63,909 nucleotides of DNA, filler included, from an uncultured bacterium (GCA_964543115.1; 3 parts of 3 records of this genome joined end to end with filler, not necessarily neighbours in it), one strand, 5' to 3'; counted from the first letter of the whole stretch, positions 24,284 through 34,225 are shown. The notes: generated by a model not told the origin, from the sequence alone. Numbers and translations are program-made.

Positions 24284-26647
24284 TTATGAATCGGTAAATA
24301 TCTCATTTCTGTCCAGGAGGATGTCCCGTTTTCCGTCAGCTAACGGGCTGACGATGCCGCGGGCCTCCATCATATCCACGATCCGGGCGGCACGGTTATA
24401 ACCGATTCTTAATTTGCGCTGCAGCACGCTTACGGATGCCTGTTGCGTGGTAAGCACCACATCCACCGCCTGCTGGAATAAAGGATCTTCGTCCATTTCT
24501 TCCTGGACTTTCTGGAGTTTATGAAAAACGCCCTGCCCCGGGCCCTGGGGGCCGAACTGGGCCTTTTGCTGGCTGACAATGTAATCGACAACCCTTCTTA
24601 TTTCCGCGTCCCTGACCAGTGTGCATTGGGCGCGGATGAGTTTTGATGAGCCCGGCGGCACAAAAAGCATATCGCCTTTTCCTAAAAGGGTATCGGCGCC
24701 GCCGGTGTCCAGGACGGTACGGGAATCTACTTTGCTGGCTACCTGAAAAGAGATGCGGCAGCTGAAATTGGCCTTGATTACGCCGGTTAATACATCCACG
24801 GAAGGCCGTTGAGTGGCCAGGACAATGTGTATGCCGACAGCGCGGGATAATTGTGCTAATCTGCCGATAGCAGTTTCGATATCTGCCTGGGCGACCATCA
24901 TCAGGTCGGCAAGTTCATCGATAATAATAACAATATAGGGCAGGGTAGCAGGAGTATCTTGTTGATAATCTATTTCAGTGAGTTTCCCGTCCATTTCGTG
25001 AAGCTTTTTACATTTTTCTCTGCCGGGCCGGGTATTAAAACCTTCAAGATTACGCACACCGGTTGTCGCGAATAATTCATAGCGGCGCTCCATTTCCCGG
25101 ACAACCCAGGCCAGACCCAGAGAAGCTTTTTTGGGATCATGGATGAGGGGAACTATGAGGTGCGGGATATTTTTATAGGCAGAGAGTTCAACCATCTTGG
25201 GATCGACCATAAGCATTTTAAGCTCATCCGGCTTGCGTTTAAACAACAGGCTGAGGATGAGGGCGTTTAAGCAGACGGTTTTTCCGGAGCCGGTTGTGCC
25301 GGCGATTAATAGATGGGGCATTTCAGAGAGGTCTGAGATTAAGGGATGTCCGGCTACGTCCATACCCAGGGCCAGGGGCAGTTTAGCTTTTGTCTGGACA
25401 AATTTAGGGGTGGTTAGTACTTCTCTTAAGTAAACAAATTTTGGTTTTGTATTGGGAACTTCAATGCCTACGGCGGCCTTGCCCGGAATTGGCGCGATGA
25501 TACGCACGCCGCCGACTCGCATGCCCAGCGCAATGTCGTCACCCAGGGCGGTAATTTTGCCCACCTTGGTTCCGGGGGCGAGAGAAATCTCATAAAGGGT
25601 TACTACCGGGCCCCGTTGGATGCTGGTTACTCTTATGCTGATGCCGAATTCCGCTAAGGTCTTTTCCAGGACCTTGGCGCTTTGGGTAAGGTCTTCTTTG
25701 GAATCCCTTTCCGTAACGATGGGGGCTGCTTCCAGCAGGTCCAGCGGCGGTAATTGATATTGTTCCGGAGAGATTAATTGTCCCGGAGGTTTGGGGAGCG
25801 TTTTTGGAGCGGGTTTAAACGAAGAAGGAGTAGGGGTGCTGACCTTGATTTTTCGTTTTGTTTCTCCGGCCGGAGTAACTACTGGTTTGATTCTCTTTTT
25901 AAGGATATCGGTGATTTTCAGGCCGCCTTCGGCTTTTGGTTTTTTCTTCTCCGGCAGTTCCTGAATCTGGGTTTCTTTTTTCTGCCGGGCTTCAATTATC
26001 CTCCGGCGGATAATTTTTTGCGGCAGAGAAATAATCCTACAGAAATTGAGCCAGATAATTTTTGTTAGCTGGGCAATGCCCAGGCCGGCTTTTTTAAGCA
26101 ACCAGGCACAGGCTGAGATAATTCTAAGTTCGGTTAGATAGACAAGAGATACGATACAAATAGTGGCCAGGATCAGGGCGGTGCCGCTGCGGCCAAAAAA
26201 TTTGATCAGAAAATGGTTGCTGATCACCGCGCCGGTAATTCCGCCGAGGCCGGGCAGCTGCCAGCGTGCCAGGAGGGGCGGATTTTGCAGCCATTCGCCC
26301 GCTAATGTTAATAGGCCGCTCGTGCTGATCAGCAGTGCGGACCAGGCAAAGGCAAAGATATCCGGTCTCTTTTCGAATTTGATTTTTTTTAAGGCAAATA
26401 TCCCCCAAATGAGCAGACTGAGCGGTATAATGTAGGCTCCCAGTCCCAGTACAAAGTAGAGGCCGAATGCGCACCAGGCACCTACCGGGCCGATGAAATT
26501 ATGCGATGGAGAATTAGGCGGAGAACGGTAGTAGCTTACATCGTTTGGTTGATAAGAGGTGAGGCTCAGGAGAAGAAATACTCCCAGGCCGATTAAAATA
26601 AAGCTCCAGGGGGCGATAGTCTTTTTGACTTTTTTTTGTTTAGCCAT
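24284..26647 (-). CDS. ftsK: DNA translocase FtsK/SpoIIIE
   Basis: 4-TM N-domain, GPVVTLYE, PHLLIAGTTGSGKT, IIIDELADLM, LATQRPSVDV, gamma domain SVSVLQRKLRIGYNRAARIVD. Confidence 0.96.
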   Translation of the reverse strand: MAKQKKVKKTIAPWSFILIGLGVFLLLSLTSYQPNDVSYYRSPPNSPSHNFIGPVGAWCAFGLYFVLGLGAYIIPLSLLIWGIFALKKIKFEKRPDIFAFAWSALLISTSGLLTLAGEWLQNPPLLARWQLPGLGGITGAVISNHFLIKFFGRSGTALILATICIVSLVYLTELRIISACAWLLKKAGLGIAQLTKIIWLNFCRIISLPQKIIRRRIIEARQKKETQIQELPEKKKPKAEGGLKITDILKKRIKPVVTPAGETKRKIKVSTPTPSSFKPAPKTLPKPPGQLISPEQYQLPPLDLLEAAPIVTERDSKEDLTQSAKVLEKTLAEFGISIRVTSIQRGPVVTLYEISLAPGTKVGKITALGDDIALGMRVGGVRIIAPIPGKAAVGIEVPNTKPKFVYLREVLTTPKFVQTKAKLPLALGMDVAGHPLISDLSEMPHLLIAGTTGSGKTVCLNALILSLLFKRKPDELKMLMVDPKMVELSAYKNIPHLIVPLIHDPKKASLGLAWVVREMERRYELFATTGVRNLEGFNTRPGREKCKKLHEMDGKLTEIDYQQDTPATLPYIVIIIDELADLMMVAQADIETAIGRLAQLSRAVGIHIVLATQRPSVDVLTGVIKANFSCRISFQVASKVDSRTVLDTGGADTLLGKGDMLFVPPGSSKLIRAQCTLVRDAEIRRVVDYIVSQQKAQFGPQGPGQGVFHKLQKVQEEMDEDPLFQQAVDVVLTTQQASVSVLQRKLRIGYNRAARIVDMMEARGIVSPLADGKRDILLDRNEIFTDS

Positions 26648-26698
26648 ACAAGATAACTCGCTCCGCTCGTAATGTTCAAGCTATAAAAACAAATAACC

Positions 26699-26783
26699 TT
26701 CTTAACGCAGAGGACGCAGAGAAAAAAACTAATATAAAAAACTCTGCGAGACTTTGCGTGCTTTGCGGCCTCTGCGTTAAGAA
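26699..26783. repeat. Palindromic element built from 9-nt units, 15-bp perfect terminal IR
   Basis: TTCTTAACGCAGAGG...CCTCTGCGTTAAGAA, with internal ACGCAGAG/CTTTGCG units and an AT-rich centre. Confidence 0.85.
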
Positions 26784-26890
26784 GTCCTCTTTAGCAATAA
26801 AGATATATTTTTTAAGATGTGATGTCTTTTCCTGCAAGATCTTGGAGGTTGGGCGGAGATTGTTGGGTGGTCTTGGGGATATTTCCGTTA

Positions 26891-27181
26891 TTATTTTGGA
26901 GCGCGCTTCGCGCTGAGGTTTATCCGGCCTCGTTCATCAACCTTAATCACGACCACCCGCATCTTATCGCCAACCTTGACTACATCCGCGGCTTTTTTTA
27001 CGTAACCCTCGGAAAGCTCAGAGACGTGAACCAGTCCGTCTTTACCGGGGACGAGTTCTACAAAGGCGCCAAAGTCCATGATGGTTCTTACGGTTCCTTC
27101 ATAGACATTGCCGACTTCTACTTCATGAGTCAGGGCCTTGATTGTAGCGACAGCCTTTTCAATGGATTCCTGGCCGGTGCC
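26891..27181 (-). CDS. pnp: Polynucleotide phosphorylase, C-terminal KH/S1 fragment (5' part lost at contig end)
   Basis: The frame extends to the gap: ..GTGQESIEKAVATIKALTHEVEVGNVYEGTVRTIMDFGAFVELVPGKDGLVHVSEL..VDERGRINLSAK. Confidence 0.9.
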   Translation of the reverse strand, partial: GTGQESIEKAVATIKALTHEVEVGNVYEGTVRTIMDFGAFVELVPGKDGLVHVSELSEGYVKKAADVVKVGDKMRVVVIKVDERGRINLSAKRAPK

Positions 27182-27281
27182 NNNNNNNNNNNNNNNNNNN
27201 NNNNNNNNNNNNNNNNNNNNNNNNNTTAATTAATTAANNNNNNNNNNNNNNNNNNNNNNNNNNNNNNNNNNNNNNNNNNNN
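27182..27281. other. Artificial contig linker (N44-TTAATTAATTAA-N44)
   Basis: 100-nt spacer with stops in all six frames; identical to 54217-54316. Confidence 0.97.
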
Positions 27282-27344
27282 AAAGAAATGAACAATAAAA
27301 TGCAACAACTGGAAGAAAGAATTTCACAACTGGAAGAAAAGTAA
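27282..27344 (+). CDS. 3' end of a truncated gene ending in a coiled coil
   Basis: Reads KEMNNKMQQLEERISQLEEK* from the contig edge, resembling the terminal coiled coil of fibre/S74-chaperone proteins. Confidence 0.5.
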   Translation, partial: KEMNNKMQQLEERISQLEEK

Positions 27345-27401
27345 ACACAATGTTAATTTCGGAAGGCGGAATTAAAGCACTTACAAATAAAAAAGCAAAA
27401 A

Positions 27402-27434
27402 AAATCCGCAATCCACAATCTAAAATCCGAAATT
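27402..27434 (+). repeat. 33-bp heptamer tract upstream of the fibre gene SD
   Basis: AAATCCG CAATCCA CAATCTA AAATCCG AAATT. A partial complementary arm AATTTCGGAAGGCGGAATT lies at ~27354-27372. Confidence 0.8.
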
Positions 27435-27448
27435 GTATGGGGGTGCAC

Positions 27449-28903
27449 ATGAAAAGAGTATTAATTTTTTTATTATTAATAACTATAACCATTTGTCTTT
27501 CCCAACAGGGTTATGCCCAGGGCCAAAACGAGGTTCGGTTACTTACTTACTATCCCGCTCCTTACGGAGTATACCAACGGCTGGAAGTACGGGACAGCGG
27601 GCCTAACCCAATTGATTTATTCACCATCTATCAAGACACCAATACTGCTTACGGGTGGAGTGGCGCAATGCGTTTTGTCTGGCGGGACAATGTTCCCCAG
27701 AACTGGGTCACGGCCCGGATAAAATCCGGCTGTCCTTCAGAGGAACGATTTGTCCTGACCTTTGAATTACTGGAAAATGTAAGCGATCAAAACACCACCG
27801 CTGAATACATGCGCCTCACCAATCAAGGCCGCCTGGGCCTTGGGATACCAAATCCGGAAGCTATTCTCGACATGCGGCAAAGCATTAATCCAGGCAGTGG
27901 GCATGAAGCCACAGGCATGATTTGTGAACCAATGTTAACCGCCAGCGGTAATGACCAGAGGCTCATCGGCGCTCATATCAGACCAATATTTGCCCCCGAA
28001 ACATTCACCAATATCCAGGAAATCGGCCTGATAGTGGAAGGCGGACGTGTGGGCCTAGGTACTGTGGATCCAAATTGTAAACTGCAAGTTCAAGATGTGG
28101 GTGAACCCCCAAACTTCCGCTTGGCGGAATTTACCCAGAGCGAAACAGATGGTGCTGATGCTTCGATCAAGATCAGGGGATCACGTAGTAACAGTACCGA
28201 CGCTAATGTCGCCTTTATTGATCTTAACGACTTCGACAGTGACGAATCAGGCGGCACAGAATTCACCATGGCCCGGATCAGTGCCGGCATGGAAGACACC
28301 AGTGGACAAGGTGGATATCTCAGATTCTTCACCAACAGAAACGCAGATAATCTGCGTGAAAGAATGCGGATAGATTCCGAGGGGCGAGTGGGTATTGGAA
28401 CAACAAGTCCAAATTCTCCTCTTCATATCCTAATGGGCGACACCACTGACACATATAATCTCCCTATGCTCACATTGACCCGTACAGGAATATTAGGAAC
28501 TACTATCGAAAACAACGAAGGATATAAAATCGATTTAAAACTGGAAAACAGTAATGGAGATATCAAAACTTTTGCTGAAATTGTTCTCATCGGCACAAAT
28601 GTTACGGCTGGCTCTGAAGAAGCAGAATTAAGAATTAGAGTTACCCCTTTCGCCAACAGTAATACAATATGCATTAAAAGTAACGGAAAGATCGGAATGG
28701 GAACCAATAATCCTCAAGGCGGACTGGACGTCACCTCAAGCGCCGGCGGATTAATTGTACCGCGAATGTCACTAACAGAGATCAAAAATTTAACAAATCC
28801 GCCGGATGGAAGCATTGTCTTCTGCTTAACTACCCCCAATAGGCGATTTTACTTTCGCGAAGGCACACAATGGGTGGACAAAGACCACAATCCGCTGCCC
28901 TGA
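27449..28903 (+). CDS. Secreted tail-fibre/adhesin-like protein with N-terminal TYYPAPYG motif and G(R/K)(V/L/I)G(I/L/M)G repeats
   Basis: Signal MKRVLIFLLLITITICLSQQGYA, then EVRLLTYYPAPYGVYQRL. Four repeats: GRLGLGIPNP, GRVGLGTVDP, GRVGIGTTSP, GKIGMGTNNP. C-terminal GLIVPRMS..PDGSIVF..FYF..GTQW. Confidence 0.75.
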   Translation: MKRVLIFLLLITITICLSQQGYAQGQNEVRLLTYYPAPYGVYQRLEVRDSGPNPIDLFTIYQDTNTAYGWSGAMRFVWRDNVPQNWVTARIKSGCPSEERFVLTFELLENVSDQNTTAEYMRLTNQGRLGLGIPNPEAILDMRQSINPGSGHEATGMICEPMLTASGNDQRLIGAHIRPIFAPETFTNIQEIGLIVEGGRVGLGTVDPNCKLQVQDVGEPPNFRLAEFTQSETDGADASIKIRGSRSNSTDANVAFIDLNDFDSDESGGTEFTMARISAGMEDTSGQGGYLRFFTNRNADNLRERMRIDSEGRVGIGTTSPNSPLHILMGDTTDTYNLPMLTLTRTGILGTTIENNEGYKIDLKLENSNGDIKTFAEIVLIGTNVTAGSEEAELRIRVTPFANSNTICIKSNGKIGMGTNNPQGGLDVTSSAGGLIVPRMSLTEIKNLTNPPDGSIVFCLTTPNRRFYFREGTQWVDKDHNPLP

Positions 28904-28967
28904 TCTATCGGCTGCTTTAATTACTCTTTAAAAATGCTGTGATAATTATTAGTTAATTTAAATTTCT

Positions 28968-29948
28968 ATGCCCAAATTATTCACTGTTACACACCTGAAA
29001 AAATACTTTCCCCTAACCCGCGGGCTGCTGCGACGCACGGTCGGCTATGTGCGGGCCGTGGATGATGTGAGTTTCCAGCTGGGAAACGGCGAAGTACTGG
29101 GCATAGTGGGAGAAAGCGGCTGCGGCAAGACCACCCTCGCCCGCCTGCTGCTGCGCTTAACAGAACCCAGCCAGGGACAAATTAAATACAAGGGCGAAGA
29201 TATCTCTTGCTTTAACAAAAACAAACTTAAGGCTTTTCGCCGTCAGGTACAGGTAGTATTTCAGGATCCTCATGGCTCTCTCAATCCCCGCCTGCGCATT
29301 GCCACCACTATCGGCGAGGCTCTGACTATCCATAAATTGGTTAAAAACAAACGGGAAAGAACTGCCCGCATAGGTGAACTGCTGGAAACCGTGGGTTTGA
29401 ATCCAGCCCACATGTCCCGCTACCCGCACGAATTCAGCGGCGGCCAGCGCCAGCGCATCGGTATTGCCCGCGCCCTGGCTGTAGAGCCGCAACTGATTAT
29501 TGCCGATGAACCGGTAAGCAGTCTGGATGTCAGCGTCCAGGCCCAGATCCTTAACCTGCTGCATGACCTGCGGGACAAATTCCAACTCACCTATATCTTT
29601 ATTGCCCACGACCTGCGCGTAGTGGAACATTTCAGCACCCGGATTATCGTCATGTACCTGGGAAAAATAGTTGAGATTGCCTCTAAAAGTGACCTTTACC
29701 AGAATCCACTCCACCCCTACACAAAAACCCTGCTGGCCGCTATTCCTAAACTGGATCCGGAAAAACGCGGTTTCCCCGAACTGGCGGCAAACGAACCGCC
29801 TACCCCGGTTAATCCTCCCAGCGGCTGCCGTTTCCACACCCGCTGTTCCTTAAGCCAACCCCAATGCCGGCAACAAGAACCACACCTCAAGGAAGTCTCC
29901 CCCGGGCATTTTGTTGCCTGTCCACTCTCTATTCCGCAGTCTAAGTAA
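28968..29948 (+). CDS. oppF: Oligopeptide/dipeptide ABC transporter ATP-binding subunit
   Basis: GESGCGKTT, VFQDP..SLNPR, YPHEFSGGQRQRIGIARAL, DEPVSSLD, PLHPYT, PSGCRFHTRC. Confidence 0.9.
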   Translation: MPKLFTVTHLKKYFPLTRGLLRRTVGYVRAVDDVSFQLGNGEVLGIVGESGCGKTTLARLLLRLTEPSQGQIKYKGEDISCFNKNKLKAFRRQVQVVFQDPHGSLNPRLRIATTIGEALTIHKLVKNKRERTARIGELLETVGLNPAHMSRYPHEFSGGQRQRIGIARALAVEPQLIIADEPVSSLDVSVQAQILNLLHDLRDKFQLTYIFIAHDLRVVEHFSTRIIVMYLGKIVEIASKSDLYQNPLHPYTKTLLAAIPKLDPEKRGFPELAANEPPTPVNPPSGCRFHTRCSLSQPQCRQQEPHLKEVSPGHFVACPLSIPQSK

Positions 29949-30019
29949 AAAAATGATTTACCTATATTCTATATTAGAGTAAAATATCTTTCTAAATATA
30001 TATACCGGCAAGAAAAATC

Positions 30020-30847
30020 ATGACAAAAAATACTATTAAAATAAAAGATCTGAAACAAACATCCCAGCAAATCCGTCACCAGATTATCCAAATGCTGGCT
30101 GAAGCTAATAGCGGCCATCCGGGCGGATCATTATCCGCAGTGGAATTAATTGTTACCCTCTATTATGCCCACTTGAGGCATAATCCCCGTGACCCGCAAT
30201 GGCCGGACAGGGACCGGGTAATTTTTTCTAAAGGGCATGCCGCCCCGCTCTGGTATGCGGTTCTGGCCGAATGCGGCTATTTTCCTAAAAAAGAGTTACT
30301 TACCTTACGCAAGTACGGCAGTATGCTGCAGGGGCATCCGGACAGATTGCGCACACCGGGAGTGGATATTTCCAGCGGTTCGCTGGGCCAGGCCTTCAGT
30401 ACCGCCTGCGGGATGGCCGCGGCCGGTAAACTGGACAAAAAAAATTATCGTGTTTATGCCCTCCTGGGTGATGGAGAAATACAGGAAGGACAAATCTGGG
30501 AAGCGGCCATGGCGGCCAGTCATTATCGGCTGGATAATCTCTGTGCAGTCCTTGACAGTAACGGCTTCCAGATAGACGGCAGTATCCAGGAGGTAATGGG
30601 CCTGGAACCAATAGCGGCCAAATGGCAGGCCTTCGGCTGGCAGACAATAGATATTGACGGGCACAATATCAGTCAAATACTTAAGGCCTATCACCAGGCG
30701 GAAACCGTTAAAGAGAAACCAACGATTATTATCGCCCGTACAATTAAAGGTAAAGGGGTTTCTTTTATGGAAGACACCGCCGCCTGGCACGGCAAAACCC
30801 CGAACAAGGAACAGACCGTGCAGGCACTGAAGGAAATACTGGATTAA
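30020..30847 (+). CDS. Transketolase, N-terminal (TPP-binding) subunit
   Basis: SGHPGGSLS, DRDRVIFSKGH, LQGHP, GSLGQ, GDGEIQEGQIWEA, WHGK. Confidence 0.93.
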   Translation: MTKNTIKIKDLKQTSQQIRHQIIQMLAEANSGHPGGSLSAVELIVTLYYAHLRHNPRDPQWPDRDRVIFSKGHAAPLWYAVLAECGYFPKKELLTLRKYGSMLQGHPDRLRTPGVDISSGSLGQAFSTACGMAAAGKLDKKNYRVYALLGDGEIQEGQIWEAAMAASHYRLDNLCAVLDSNGFQIDGSIQEVMGLEPIAAKWQAFGWQTIDIDGHNISQILKAYHQAETVKEKPTIIIARTIKGKGVSFMEDTAAWHGKTPNKEQTVQALKEILD

Positions 30848-30878
30848 CTTTTAATCCGTTATAATTGGAAGTTTTATT

Positions 30879-31835
30879 ATGGAATATATCGCTAATAGAG
30901 ACGTTTACGGGAAAACGCTGGTGGAATTGGGCCGGCAGTATCCGGAGATAGTGGCCCTGGATGCGGATCTGGCTTCCTCTACCCGCAGCGGGTTTTTCGC
31001 CAAAGAATTCCCGGAAAGATTCTTTAATATGGGAGTTGCTGAACAAAACATGATGGGTTTTGCCGCCGGACTGGCCGCCTGCGGGAAAGTTCCTTTTGTC
31101 AGCACCTTTGCCATGTTTGCTACCGGCCGCGCCTGGGAACAAGTACGCAACACTATTGCTTATAGTGAACTTAATGTAAAGATTGTCTGTTCTCATGCCG
31201 GCATTACTGTCGGGGAAGACGGTTCCAGCCATCAAAGCCTGGAAGATATCGCCTTGATGCGGGCCATCCCCGGGATGACGATCATTGTGCCCGGCGACGG
31301 CCACGAAACGCGTAAGGCAGTAATCAGCGCCTTTAAAAGAAAGGGCGTTGTTTATGTCAGACTTAACCGACCGAAATTGCCGTTAATCACCAACGCGGAT
31401 GATGAATTTATTATTGGTAAAGCACGCGTACTGCGCCCGGGCAGTGATGTTACAATCATTACCTGCGGATTATTGCTCGCTAAAACAATGGAAGCAGCTG
31501 AAACACTGAGCGGTAAAGGCATCCAGGCCAGGGTTATCAATATGCACACAATAAAACCGATCGATAAAGCGGCTATCCGGCAGGCGGCAGCAGAAACAGG
31601 CGCAATTGTAACTGCCGAAGAACATTCAATCATCGGCGGTCTGGGCAGCGCCGTGGCCGAGGTCTGCACGCAAACTCAGCCGGTGCCCATAGAAATGGTT
31701 GGAATAAAAGATACCTTCGGCCAGTCCGGCACCCCGGCCGAACTCTGCCGGGAATATCATCTGGAATCCCCGGATATCATCCAGGCAACAAATAAGGTTC
31801 TAACAAGAAAAAAAATGGAGGCTGACCGCTCATGA
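30879..31835 (+). CDS. Transketolase, C-terminal subunit
   Basis: DADLASST, ERFFNMGVAEQNM, GEDGSSHQ, EEHSIIGGLGSAVAE, FGQSG. Confidence 0.93.
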   Translation: MEYIANRDVYGKTLVELGRQYPEIVALDADLASSTRSGFFAKEFPERFFNMGVAEQNMMGFAAGLAACGKVPFVSTFAMFATGRAWEQVRNTIAYSELNVKIVCSHAGITVGEDGSSHQSLEDIALMRAIPGMTIIVPGDGHETRKAVISAFKRKGVVYVRLNRPKLPLITNADDEFIIGKARVLRPGSDVTIITCGLLLAKTMEAAETLSGKGIQARVINMHTIKPIDKAAIRQAAAETGAIVTAEEHSIIGGLGSAVAEVCTQTQPVPIEMVGIKDTFGQSGTPAELCREYHLESPDIIQATNKVLTRKKMEADRS

Positions 31836-33112
31836 AGCGAAATATTTTATTAATCTGGGTTGTTTCACTGTCCCTAATTTCCTTGCTTATCGGCAGTGAT
31901 TTCTATCTATCCGCAAAAACAACTGATGAGAAATATCCTCTTTATAAGGAACTGGAACTTTTTGCCGATGTCCTTACTATAGTACAAAAAAGTTACGTTC
32001 AGGAAGTCTCCGTCAAGGACCTGATCTACGGGGCGATAAAAGGAGTAGTGGCCACCCTGGATCCGCACAGTCAGTTTCTCAGCCCGGCAGCCTACAAGGA
32101 AATGAAAATTGAGACCAAAGGCGAATTTGGCGGTCTCGGGGTAGAAATCACGTTAAAAGACGGTATCCTGACAATCGTTACTCCGCTTGAAGATACGCCT
32201 GCCTACCGGGCCGGGGTAAAACCAGGAGATAAAATAATTAAAATTGACGGAGAAAGCACTGAAGACATTACCCTGAACGGCGCGGTTAAAAAACTCCGCG
32301 GCAAACCCGGCAGTGAAGTAACCATCACCATTATGCGGCCGGGTAAAAAAGAGTTCATGGACTTTACCATTGAGCGCGACTATATCAAACTGGAAAGCGT
32401 CAAAGATATCAACATAATTGCCAACGGGATAGGTTACATCCGGATCATCCAATTTCAGGAAAATACAGGCGAGGATCTGAAGAAGGCCCTCAAAGAGCTG
32501 GGGGTAAAAGATCTCAAGGGACTGATCCTCGATCTAAGAAACAATCCCGGCGGTATCCTGCAGGACGCGATCGAGGTAGCGGAATGCTTCATTGTCAAAC
32601 CTAACATGATCGTCTCCACCAGGGGCCGTCTGCCGGATCAGAATCAGGAATACTTCTCGGAAAATGAAGATGCCTTTCTGGAAATACCGCTGGTTATTCT
32701 CATTAATAAAGGAAGCGCCAGCGGAGCGGAAATCGTTGCCGGCGCCATTAAAGACTGGCATAGGGGAATCCTTATCGGCATCCAGACATTCGGTAAAGGT
32801 TCGGTACAGAGTGTGCTTCCCTTGCGTGACGGTTCCGCGTTAAAACTCACTACCGCCACTTATTTTACCCCTAATGGAACGGACATTAATAAAGTAGGCA
32901 TCAAGCCGGATATTGAGATCGCCCTCACAGAAGAGCAGGAAGATAAATTATGGAAAGCCCGGGCAAAAAAGGAAAAAGAAAAGGAAGAAAGAATCCCTCT
33001 CTCCTTGGATCCGCAACTGGAACGCGCCGTTGATCTCATCAAGGGGCTGACTGTATTTCAGCAAATAGAAGAAGAAACCGCCGCTGAAACGCCAACAGCA
33101 GAAACTGATTAA
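31832..33112 (+). CDS. ctpA: S41 family C-terminal processing protease (PDZ)
   Basis: LDPHS, GEFGGLGVEI, LILDLRNNPGG, GSASGAEIVAGA, TFGKGSVQ. Confidence 0.93.
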   Translation: MKRNILLIWVVSLSLISLLIGSDFYLSAKTTDEKYPLYKELELFADVLTIVQKSYVQEVSVKDLIYGAIKGVVATLDPHSQFLSPAAYKEMKIETKGEFGGLGVEITLKDGILTIVTPLEDTPAYRAGVKPGDKIIKIDGESTEDITLNGAVKKLRGKPGSEVTITIMRPGKKEFMDFTIERDYIKLESVKDINIIANGIGYIRIIQFQENTGEDLKKALKELGVKDLKGLILDLRNNPGGILQDAIEVAECFIVKPNMIVSTRGRLPDQNQEYFSENEDAFLEIPLVILINKGSASGAEIVAGAIKDWHRGILIGIQTFGKGSVQSVLPLRDGSALKLTTATYFTPNGTDINKVGIKPDIEIALTEEQEDKLWKARAKKEKEKEERIPLSLDPQLERAVDLIKGLTVFQQIEEETAAETPTAETD

Positions 33113-33140
33113 TGACCACGAGCTCCGCTCGCTATCGACT

Positions 33141-34166
33141 ATGTATACTCTCGGCATTGAAACATCCTGTGACGAAACAGCGGTAGCCGTCCTTAAAGGT
33201 GAGCGGGAAATACTCAGCAACCTCATCCTCTCCCAGACAGATCTTCACCGTTACTTTGGCGGCGTAATCCCGGAACTGGCCTGCCGCCGCCATCTGGAAG
33301 TGCTGCCCCAGATGGTTAACGATGCCCTTAAGGAAGCGCGTATAGACATTAAAGATGTTAATTTAATCGCCGTTACTGCCGGGCCCGGCCTGGTCGGGGC
33401 ATTGTTGGTGGGCCTCAGCTACGCTAAGAGTCTTGCTTATACTTTAAAAATCCCTCTGACAGCCGTTAATCATATTGCCGCTCATCTCCAGGCAAATTTT
33501 ATTGAGTCCCCCGCAATACAAATGCCATGTATCGGCCTGGTTGTTTCCGGCGGACACACTTCCCTGGTAGAAATGACAGCTATCGATAATTATAAAATCC
33601 TCGGCCAGACCTTGGATGATGCCGCCGGTGAGGCTTTCGATAAGGTGGCTAAACTGCTTAAACTGGATTATCCCGGCGGACCGGTGATCGACAGATTGGC
33701 AAAAGAGGGGAATCCCAGGGCCATTCCTTTTCCCCGGGCCATGCAGAAAAAAAGCAATTATGATTTTAGTTTCAGCGGGCTTAAAACAGCGGTGGTCTAT
33801 TACGTAAAAGGGTATCCTCAGTACCGGGACCTGCCGGCAAAAGATACCTCCATAAGCATAGCTGATCTCGCGGCCAGTTTTCAAGAAGCGGTGGTGGATC
33901 AATTACTCAAGAAAGCCATCTCCGCTCTGGAAGACAGAGGAGAGACAAATTTAATTCTTGGCGGAGGAGTAAGCAGGAATTCCCGTCTGCGTAGTAAGTT
34001 TAAAGAAGAATTTGCTAAACGAAACTGGCGATTATATCTTCCTTCTACGATTCTCTGCACGGATAATGCCGCCATGATCGCCGCCTTTGGCTACCACCGC
34101 TGGCAACATAAAGGGGCAGACTCGCTCGATATTGACGCCAACCCGCAGCTCTCCTGGAACTATTGA
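33141..34166 (+). CDS. tsaD: tRNA N6-adenosine threonylcarbamoyltransferase
   Basis: LGIETSCDETAVA, GGVIPELACRRH, GPGLVGAL, VNHIAAH, SGGHT, DDAAGEAFDKVAK, DFSFSGLKT, CTDNAAMIA. Confidence 0.96.
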   Translation: MYTLGIETSCDETAVAVLKGEREILSNLILSQTDLHRYFGGVIPELACRRHLEVLPQMVNDALKEARIDIKDVNLIAVTAGPGLVGALLVGLSYAKSLAYTLKIPLTAVNHIAAHLQANFIESPAIQMPCIGLVVSGGHTSLVEMTAIDNYKILGQTLDDAAGEAFDKVAKLLKLDYPGGPVIDRLAKEGNPRAIPFPRAMQKKSNYDFSFSGLKTAVVYYVKGYPQYRDLPAKDTSISIADLAASFQEAVVDQLLKKAISALEDRGETNLILGGGVSRNSRLRSKFKEEFAKRNWRLYLPSTILCTDNAAMIAAFGYHRWQHKGADSLDIDANPQLSWNY

Positions 34167-34225
34167 TTAGGAACTTTAAACTTCGCTTAGGGCTGCTATA
34201 TTCGAAAATAGAAGAGTGTTTATGA

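Noticed and set aside
27226..27237. TTAATTAATTAA palindrome (also 54261-54272) as a biological site
   Set aside because: It is centred in N runs and identical at both places; this is a standard six-frame-stop contig linker.
27308..27340. Direct repeat CAACTGGAAGAAA x2
   Set aside because: Explained by a coiled-coil coding sequence (QLEE..QLEE) at the end of a truncated gene.
27449..28903. Prophage tail gene
   Set aside because: The protein has a Sec signal peptide, and no capsid, terminase, integrase or other tail genes lie downstream on the contig. Upstream context is missing, so this is not fully excluded.
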